Source of the DNA: Gemmatimonadota bacterium
Lineage (GTDB): Bacteria; Gemmatimonadota; Gemmatimonadetes; Gemmatimonadales; GWC2-71-9
Direction: 5' to 3'
Length of the DNA stretch: 45,698 nucleotides
NCBI GenBank assembly: GCA_016794825.1
Contig: JAEUJH010000672.1
Coordinates: forward strand, 1 to 45,698
The notes beneath the pieces were generated by a model. The model saw only the letters and a list, made by a program, of their open reading frames with translations, had not been told where the DNA came from and did not search any database. Made by a program: the position numbers and the translations under genes. Position 1 is the stretch's first letter, and each line of letters starts with the position of its first letter. This document shows positions 40,294-45,698 of the stretch, one piece after another.

Positions 40294-41891
40294 CGACGGT
40301 CGCAACTCCCACCACGCCGCCGGCCGCGCGGGATCTGGCGGAGCGCGGTCTCGACATCGAGCGAAAGGGCGATGTCGCCGGCGCGATGACCAGCTATCGC
40401 GACGCGATCGCCGCGGCGCAGGCGGAGGCCGACCCGAGAGCGCTGGCCGTGGCGCTCCGCCGACTGGCCGTGCTCCATCACCACGCCAACGAGCCGGACG
40501 AGGCTCGGCGCCTGGCTGAGCGAAGCTACGAGGTGGCGTTGAGCCTGGGTGATCCCGTCCTGGCGGCCGAGGCCCAGAACGTCCTGGCCGGCTTTGCCCT
40601 CGAGCACGGCGAACTCGCCGCGGCCCAGGAACGGTATCACCAGGCGGTGGCCCTCGGCGGCGCCGATCCCCTCCTCAAGGGCCGGGTGGAGCAGAACCTC
40701 GGCATCATCGCCAACGTCCATGGCGACTGGGTCGAGGCCCGGCACCACTACGAACGGTCGCTCGCCGCCTTCGTGACCGCGCGCGACGAGCGCGGGTGCG
40801 CCATCGCGTACCACAATCTCGGCATGGTGAGCGCCGACCATGGCGATTGGGCGGGCGCGGAGCGCTACCTCGACCACAGTCGGGCCGTGGCCGCTCGGCT
40901 CGGCGACGTTCGCCTGGAGGGACTGGCCCGGCTCAATGGCGCCGAGGTCCAGCTGGCCCTTGGCCGGGTCGAACGGGGCCTGACCGACGCCAATGCCGCG
41001 CTCCGGATCTTCACGCAACTCGGCTCCGAACTCGACAAAGCCGACGCCTACCGGGTCATCGGCGCCGCCTATCGCCGCTCCGGTCAGCGGGAACTGGCGC
41101 TGGCCCGACTCGATGACGCGGTTGGGCTGTCGGAGCGGACCGGGGCCACCCTGAGCGAGGCCGAGGCGGTTCGCGAACGCGCCCTCCTCTTTCACGACCT
41201 GGGCCGGAACCAGGAGGCGCTTCGCAACCTCACTCGCGCCCACCGCGTGTTCGGCCGACTCGACGCCCGTCACGAACTGATCGACGTTGCCGCCAAGGTT
41301 CGCTCGCTCGAAGAGACCTACCTCGAAGTGGTGAGGGAGTGGGGGCAGTCGATCGAATCGAAGGACAGCTACACCTTCGGGCACTGCGAGCGGGTGGCCA
41401 CCTTCGGCACCCAGGTGGCCGGGGCCCTGGGGGTCGACGCCATCGGCGAGCGGACCATTCGCCTCGGCGCGTATCTCCACGACCTCGGCAAAGTCCGGGT
41501 GCCCCACGAGATCCTCAACAAGCCCGGGCGGCTCACCGACGACGAGTTCGAAGTCATCAAACGCCATCCGGTATGGGGCGTCGAACTCCTGAGCGACGTC
41601 GAGTTTCCGTGGGACCTCCATCCCATCATCCGCTCGCACCACGAGCGCCTCGACGGCACCGGCTACCCGGATCGCCTGGCCGGCGATGCGATTCCCCTTT
41701 CGGCCCAGATCATCTGCGTCGTCGATGTCTGGGACGCCCTGACGACCACCCGGAGTTATCGGGGTGCCCTCGACCTCGACCGCGCGCTTGGCATCATGGA
41801 AGAGAACCGCCACTGGTGGCGGCCCGAGGTGTACGCCGCCTTCGTCGCCACCGTGCCCGATACCACCGGGAAAGTGGCCGAACCGGGCTGA
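40290..41891 (+). CDS. TPR-repeat / HD-GYP domain protein (candidate c-di-GMP phosphodiesterase)
   Basis: The C-terminal domain has HCERVA, HDLGKVRVP, and HHERLDGTGYP (the HD-GYP signature). The N-terminal ~330 aa are TPR-like. Confidence 0.85.
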   Translation: MTTVATPTTPPAARDLAERGLDIERKGDVAGAMTSYRDAIAAAQAEADPRALAVALRRLAVLHHHANEPDEARRLAERSYEVALSLGDPVLAAEAQNVLAGFALEHGELAAAQERYHQAVALGGADPLLKGRVEQNLGIIANVHGDWVEARHHYERSLAAFVTARDERGCAIAYHNLGMVSADHGDWAGAERYLDHSRAVAARLGDVRLEGLARLNGAEVQLALGRVERGLTDANAALRIFTQLGSELDKADAYRVIGAAYRRSGQRELALARLDDAVGLSERTGATLSEAEAVRERALLFHDLGRNQEALRNLTRAHRVFGRLDARHELIDVAAKVRSLEETYLEVVREWGQSIESKDSYTFGHCERVATFGTQVAGALGVDAIGERTIRLGAYLHDLGKVRVPHEILNKPGRLTDDEFEVIKRHPVWGVELLSDVEFPWDLHPIIRSHHERLDGTGYPDRLAGDAIPLSAQIICVVDVWDALTTTRSYRGALDLDRALGIMEENRHWWRPEVYAAFVATVPDTTGKVAEPG

Positions 41892-41931
41892 TCCGCGGCC
41901 GCCCCGCCCACCCCGGCCGGGTTCTGACCAT

Positions 41932-41972
41932 CCGAGAAAAGAAATCGGCGGTTGCGTTTCGCAACCGCCGAT
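41932..41972 (-). terminator. intrinsic terminator of tRNA-Leu (possibly bidirectional, also closing the HD-GYP operon)
   Basis: Perfect 12-bp stem ATCGGCGGTTGC / GCAACCGCCGAT (41944..41955 and 41961..41972) with a 5-nt loop. On the minus strand it is followed by TTCTTTTCT; on the plus strand it is preceded by an A-tract. Confidence 0.75.
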
Positions 41973-41975
41973 CAG

Positions 41976-42059
41976 TGCCGAAGGGGGGACTCGAACCCCC
42001 ACGGGCTTGCGCCCACTGCGCCCTGAACGCAGCGCGTCTACCAGTTCCACCACTTCGGC
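41976..42059 (-). tRNA. tRNA-Leu (anticodon CAG), type II with long variable arm, CCA not encoded
   Basis: The reverse complement reads GCCGAAG-TG-GTGGAACTGGTAGACGCG-C-TGCGT-TTCAGGG... The acceptor GCCGAAG pairs with CTTCGGC. Anticodon stem CTGCG/CGCAG with loop TTCAGGG. Variable arm GGGCGCAAGCCCG. T-arm GGGGG-TTCGAGT-CCCCC. Near-colinear with E. coli tRNA-Leu(CAG). Confidence 0.9.
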
Positions 42060-42068
42060 GGGAGCGCA

Positions 42069-42097
42069 AAGCTAGAACCACCATGCAGTTATGGCAA
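42069..42097 (-). promoter_or_regulatory. candidate sigma70-like promoter for tRNA-Leu
   Basis: The minus strand reads TTGCCA (42097..42092), a 17-nt spacer, then TAGCTT (42074..42069). The -10 ends 9 nt before the mature 5' end. Pattern match only. Confidence 0.35.
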
Positions 42098-42105
42098 GCG
42101 GTCCG

Positions 42106-42134
42106 TTGCACCTCCCGGGGCAACTCCCTATCTT
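42106..42134 (+). promoter_or_regulatory. candidate sigma70-like promoter for the smpB operon
   Basis: TTGCAC (42106..42111), a 17-nt spacer, then TATCTT (42129..42134), 18 nt before ATG 42153. Pattern match only. Confidence 0.3.
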
Positions 42135-42152
42135 GCTGTGCGAGTGAGACTT

Positions 42153-42638
42153 ATGAGCCGAGGCCCGAAAACGACGGATGAAGGAAACGACCGGATCCCG
42201 GTGGCACGGAATCCGCGGGCCACTCACGACTACCACATCCTCGAGACCCATGAGGCCGGCATCGTCCTCACCGGAACCGAGGTCAAGAGCCTCCGCCAGG
42301 GGAAGGCGTCGATCAAGGAGGCGTACGGGCTGGTTCGCAACGGCGAGGTGTGGCTGGAGGGGATGCACATCACGCCGTATGAGCAGGGCAACCGGTACAA
42401 CCACGAGCCGGTCCGGGGGCGGAAACTGCTCCTCCATCGGCGCGAAATCGAACGTCTGATCGGGGCGACGGAACAGAAGGGTTGCACCCTGGTTCCGCTC
42501 GAGTTGTACTTCAAGAAGGGCCGCGCCAAAGTGGCCCTGGCGTTAGGGAAGGGGAAGAAGGTGCACGATCGGCGGGAAGATCTGAAACGGCGCATCGCGG
42601 ACCGCGAAATGGCCCGGGCGATGAAGAGCGGACGATGA
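42153..42638 (+). CDS. smpB: SsrA-binding protein SmpB
   Basis: NPRATHDYHILETHEAGIVLTGTEVKSLR..GKASIKEAY..GEVWLEGMHITPYE..GNRYNHEPVRGRKLLLHRREI..L is the highly conserved SmpB core. ATG 42153 lies within track ORF 42138..42638. Confidence 0.9.
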   Translation: MSRGPKTTDEGNDRIPVARNPRATHDYHILETHEAGIVLTGTEVKSLRQGKASIKEAYGLVRNGEVWLEGMHITPYEQGNRYNHEPVRGRKLLLHRREIERLIGATEQKGCTLVPLELYFKKGRAKVALALGKGKKVHDRREDLKRRIADREMARAMKSGR

Positions 42639-43924
42639 ACGCGCTGACCGTTCTCGCCGTGGCGTTGGCGGCCACGCCGCATCCGGTCCCGCGCGCGGCC
42701 GCGCCGATGGTGGTGCTCGTCGCCACCGCCCGCGGCGACGTCCGGATTCTGGTTCGGTCCGACCCCGTGGCCGGACCGGTGGTGGCCGCGCCGACCCTGC
42801 TCGGCGCCGTCGGCGGCCGCGGCGCGGTCGAAGGCGCCTGGGCCGAAATCGAAATTGCCCGGCAGTCGTTCCGGCTCCTGATCGGCGGACCCTACTACAG
42901 CCTCGGGTCGGGCCTCAAGCCGCTGGTCGGTACCGCCTCGGTTCGCCGCGATACGCTCTTCCTGCCGATCCAGTTCATCACTCACGTCCTCCCGGCCGAA
43001 CTCAAGGAGCGGTTTCGCTACGACGCCCAGGCTGGCCGGCTCGACGACCTGACGATCATCCGGGTGGCCGCGGCGACTCCGAACCGCGCCGCCCCGAATC
43101 GGACGTCGCCCCCGGCGCGCCAGCCCGAGCCGGCATCGACCGCCCCCTCGGATCCCGACCTGCTGCCCAACGGTCTCCGGAAGGGGCACGTCGTCACGAT
43201 CGATCCCGGGCACGGCGGCGTCGACCCCGGCAATCCGGGGATCTTCTTTCCCCGCGGCCTCAAGGAGAAGGACGTCACCCTGCAGGTGGGCCTGCTGGTC
43301 CGCCAGGAGTTGCTCAAGCGGGGCGTGGGCGTGACGATGACGCGGACCACCGACACCCTCATCAACCTCTACGATCGGGGCGCCTACTGCACCGATCGGT
43401 GCGGGCTCTTCGTCAGCCTCCACGTCAATTCGCTCAAGAAGCGGCCCGGCTACAGCAAGGTCCGGGGCTTCGAGACCTACTACCTCGACGTCGCCCGAAC
43501 CGAGGACGCGGCCCGCGTGGCCCAGATGGAAAACGAGGCCGTCCGGTTCGAGGCCGAGGACGGCCAGAGCGCCGGCCTCGGCGGGCTCGACTTCATCCTC
43601 AAGGACCTCCAGACCAACGAGTACCTCCGGGAGTCGGTTCGGCTGGCCGAGCTGATGCAGTCGCATGTGGGTGAGGTGCACCCCGGGCCCGACAAGGGCG
43701 TCAAGCCGGCCCGACTCATCGTCCTGGGTACCGCCCGGCGGCCCGCCATTCTCTTCGAGATGGGCTTCAGCACCAACCCCGAGGACGCCAAGCTGATGAC
43801 CGAGTCGCGGTCGCAGCGGAATCTCGCCGCCTCGATTGCCGATGCGGTCGTGTCCTACCTCCTCGAGTACCAGCAGCGGGTCGGCTCGGTCGTTCAGAGC
43901 TCGTCCGGACGGGGCCGGGAGTGA
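42635..43924 (+). CDS. N-acetylmuramoyl-L-alanine amidase (Amidase_3 family) with N-terminal targeting domain
   Basis: The ATG overlaps the smpB stop (ATGA). Catalytic domain VVTIDPGHGGVDPG..., LFVSLHVNS, ILFEMGFSTNPED. Confidence 0.85.
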   Translation: MNALTVLAVALAATPHPVPRAAAPMVVLVATARGDVRILVRSDPVAGPVVAAPTLLGAVGGRGAVEGAWAEIEIARQSFRLLIGGPYYSLGSGLKPLVGTASVRRDTLFLPIQFITHVLPAELKERFRYDAQAGRLDDLTIIRVAAATPNRAAPNRTSPPARQPEPASTAPSDPDLLPNGLRKGHVVTIDPGHGGVDPGNPGIFFPRGLKEKDVTLQVGLLVRQELLKRGVGVTMTRTTDTLINLYDRGAYCTDRCGLFVSLHVNSLKKRPGYSKVRGFETYYLDVARTEDAARVAQMENEAVRFEAEDGQSAGLGGLDFILKDLQTNEYLRESVRLAELMQSHVGEVHPGPDKGVKPARLIVLGTARRPAILFEMGFSTNPEDAKLMTESRSQRNLAASIADAVVSYLLEYQQRVGSVVQSSSGRGRE

Positions 43925-44796
43925 CCGCCGGCGTTCGCCCCGCCCCGATCGCCCTCTTCGGCACCACGTTCCAGAATCCCATCCTGCTCGCGGCCGGCAC
44001 CGCGGGCTTCGGCCGCGAGTTGGCGGCCACCGTCGACCTCGAGGCGTTAGGCGGCCTGGTCAGCAAGGCCGTGTCGGTCGAGCCCCGGCCGGGTAACCGC
44101 TCACCTCGGGTGGCGGAGTTCGACGGCGGCATGCTCAACTCGATCGGACTCGCCAACCCGGGGCTGGCCCAGGTGGCGCGGGACGAACTGCCCTGGATGG
44201 CGGCCAACCTCCGGCGGCCCCGGATCCTCGTCAACGTCGTCGGGTTTGCCGAAGACGAGTACCTCCGGGTCATCGAGGGTCTCGAACCGGTCGGTGGCAT
44301 GGTGGGCTACGAACTCAATCTCTCCTGTCCCAACACGTCGGCCGGCGGGATCGAGTTCGGCGCCGACGCCGGCGCCATTCGCCGGATCGTCTCGCGCTGC
44401 CGCGCGGCGACCCGCCGCGCCCTCCTCGCCAAGCTCTCGCCCGCGCTGCCCGACATTCCGGGGCTCGCCGCCGCCGCGGTCGACGCGGGGGCCGACGGAA
44501 TCTCGGTCGTCAACACCATGCCGGGCCTCGTCTACGAGGGCGACCATCCCCGGCTCGGGAACGGCAACGGCGGGGTCAGTGGACCCGCCCTCCTGCCCGT
44601 CGGCCTGCTGGCGACGGCGCGCGTCCGTCGCCACCTTCCGTCGGTTCCGATCATCGGAGTCGGTGGTGTCCGCAGCCTCGAACATGTCCGCCAGTACCTC
44701 GCCTCCGGGGCCAACCTCGTCGCCATCGGCACCGCCGGCCTTGCCGATCCCCGCCTCCCGGAGCGACTCGCCCGGGCTTGGGAAGCCGGTGGCTGA
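43921..44796 (+). CDS. pyrD: dihydroorotate dehydrogenase, class 1 (Cys active-site base)
   Basis: The GTG overlaps the amidase stop (GTGA). FQNPILLAAGT, NSIGLANPG, ELNLSCPN (class 1 Cys), GGVSGPAL, IIGVGGV. No pyrK-like gene is adjacent. Confidence 0.9.
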   Translation: MTAGVRPAPIALFGTTFQNPILLAAGTAGFGRELAATVDLEALGGLVSKAVSVEPRPGNRSPRVAEFDGGMLNSIGLANPGLAQVARDELPWMAANLRRPRILVNVVGFAEDEYLRVIEGLEPVGGMVGYELNLSCPNTSAGGIEFGADAGAIRRIVSRCRAATRRALLAKLSPALPDIPGLAAAAVDAGADGISVVNTMPGLVYEGDHPRLGNGNGGVSGPALLPVGLLATARVRRHLPSVPIIGVGGVRSLEHVRQYLASGANLVAIGTAGLADPRLPERLARAWEAGG

Positions 44797-45469
44797 ACTC
44801 GTCCTTGCCCTCGACGTCGCCGACCGGGAGGCCGCCCTTCGGCTGCTCGACCGGATCCCCGGGGTCGGCTGGGTCAAGCTCGGTTCGGTGCTCTTTACCC
44901 GAACCGGTCCAGCCCTGATCGCCGAACTCAAGGCTCGAGGCCACCAGATCTTCCTCGACCTCAAGTGGCACGACATCCCCAACACGGTGCAGGGGGCGGT
45001 GGCCCAGGCGCGCGAGGTTGGCGTCGACATGGTGACGGTCCACGCCCTCGGCGGGGCCGCGATGATCGCGGCCGCCAAGGCGGCCGCCGGTGACCGGGTT
45101 CAGGTCGTGGCGGTGACGGTCCTGACCTCCCACTCGACCGCCGAGCTGGCCTCGCTGCTCGGACGGCCCACCGCCACCCCGGCCGACGAAGTCCTCCGGT
45201 TGGCCCGACTGGCCCGCCAGGCCGGCGCCGACGGAGTCGTTTCCTCGCCCCTCGAAACCGCCTTGCTGCGGGCCGACCTCGGGCCGGGCGCCCTGCTGGT
45301 GACCCCGGGGATCCGATCGCCCACCGATCCCAAGGGCGACCAGACCCGGACCGCCACCGCGGCCGAGGCGGCCCGAGCCGGGAGCACCCACCTGGTCGTT
45401 GGCCGGCCGGTCCTCCAGGCCGCCGACCCGGCGGCCGCGTGGGCCGGCCTGGTGGAGTCGATCCGGTGA
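44789..45469 (+). CDS. pyrF: orotidine-5'-phosphate decarboxylase
   Basis: GTG 44789 has an 8-nt overlap with pyrD. LVLALDV, IFLDLKWHDIPNTV (DxKxxD motif), VTVHALGG, LVVGRPV. The upstream part of track ORF 44246..45469 is out-of-frame pyrD sequence. Confidence 0.85.
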   Translation: MAELVLALDVADREAALRLLDRIPGVGWVKLGSVLFTRTGPALIAELKARGHQIFLDLKWHDIPNTVQGAVAQAREVGVDMVTVHALGGAAMIAAAKAAAGDRVQVVAVTVLTSHSTAELASLLGRPTATPADEVLRLARLARQAGADGVVSSPLETALLRADLGPGALLVTPGIRSPTDPKGDQTRTATAAEAARAGSTHLVVGRPVLQAADPAAAWAGLVESIR

Positions 45470-45698
45470 TCCGCGCCGCCCTCCTGCTCCTGTTCCTTCA
45501 GGCTCCGCCGCAGCCGACCGCGGACCTGGGCCGACTGGCCGAGTCCGCACGGCGAGCCTTTCAGCAACGGGAGTTCAACGCCTTGTTCGACGCCCGCGAG
45601 CCGGTCCGGCTCGAACTGCCGAACCAGCCCGCGTCGGTGTCGGTGGCGGGCCGAGTGGCCGCGGCTGCCTTGAGCGGGTTGGTCCGGCGGACCGAGGA
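45466..45698 (+). CDS. hypothetical protein, N-terminal fragment (runs off the right edge)
   Basis: The GTG overlaps the pyrF stop (GTGA). Own translation VIRAALLLLFLQAPPQPTADLGRLAESARRAFQQREFNALFDAREPVRLELPNQ... stays open to the window end and is GC3-rich. Confidence 0.45.
   Translation, partial: MIRAALLLLFLQAPPQPTADLGRLAESARRAFQQREFNALFDAREPVRLELPNQPASVSVAGRVAAAALSGLVRRTE

Noticed and set aside
1-45698. CRISPR arrays, insertion sequences, prophage or integrative elements, rRNA, or defence islands
   Set aside because: I saw no regularly spaced direct repeats, no transposase, integrase or recombinase-like ORF, no terminal inverted repeats flanking a gene, and no drop in GC suggestive of foreign DNA. 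The only repeats are low-complexity coding linkers and the short GTTAGGC and CCGTGACCGG words.

Overview
Very GC-rich (roughly 70% by eye) bacterial chromosomal window, almost entirely coding. I call 51 protein-coding loci, two cut by the window edges and one apparently frameshifted, plus one tRNA-Leu(CAG). I saw no rRNA, CRISPR array, transposase, integrase or phage gene. Stop codons are rare at this GC content, so the ORF track is full of long spurious antisense or out-of-frame ORFs. Calls rest on recognisable motifs, third-position GC, signal peptides or lipoboxes, and start/stop coupling; I count 14 four-nt ATGA/GTGA overlaps. Layout: 1-12.8 kb holds 17 co-directional minus-strand genes, a mixed enzyme set that includes a coupled chain of glutaminyl cyclase, LptC-like protein, PhyH dioxygenase, Met aminopeptidase and HD hydrolase, then an LVIVD and DUF305 lipoprotein pair. 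From 12.9 kb onward the genes are mostly plus-strand: a frameshifted glycine-zipper protein, CDP-alcohol phosphatidyltransferase with myo-inositol-1-phosphate synthase, 2-oxo acid dehydrogenase E1ab/E2, a PHP phosphoesterase, a GT4/PAP2/UPF0104 lipid-glycosylation cluster interrupted by trxB and an MBL hydrolase, cupin/aspartase, esterase, MFS transporter, CarboxypepD_reg protein, Rrf2 with MoeB-rhodanese, lipoprotein with TPR and TPR-HD-GYP, tRNA-Leu, and smpB-amidase-pyrD-pyrF. Gene content and signal-peptide style suggest a Gemmatimonadota-like lineage, which is inference only. Most interesting observations: (1) an inositol-lipid entry module plus a three-transcription-unit glycolipid cluster whose units all carry the same 10-mer, CCGTGACCGG, 33-41 nt upstream of the start codon, each next to a GTTAGGC word. 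(2) Every Sec-type signal peptide in the window is followed by Gln, beside a lipoprotein glutaminyl cyclase (a possible Q-rule). (3) GTTAGGC is over-represented and hosts five of the six TTA codons I could find. (4) A tandem TPR / TPR-HD-GYP paralogue pair.
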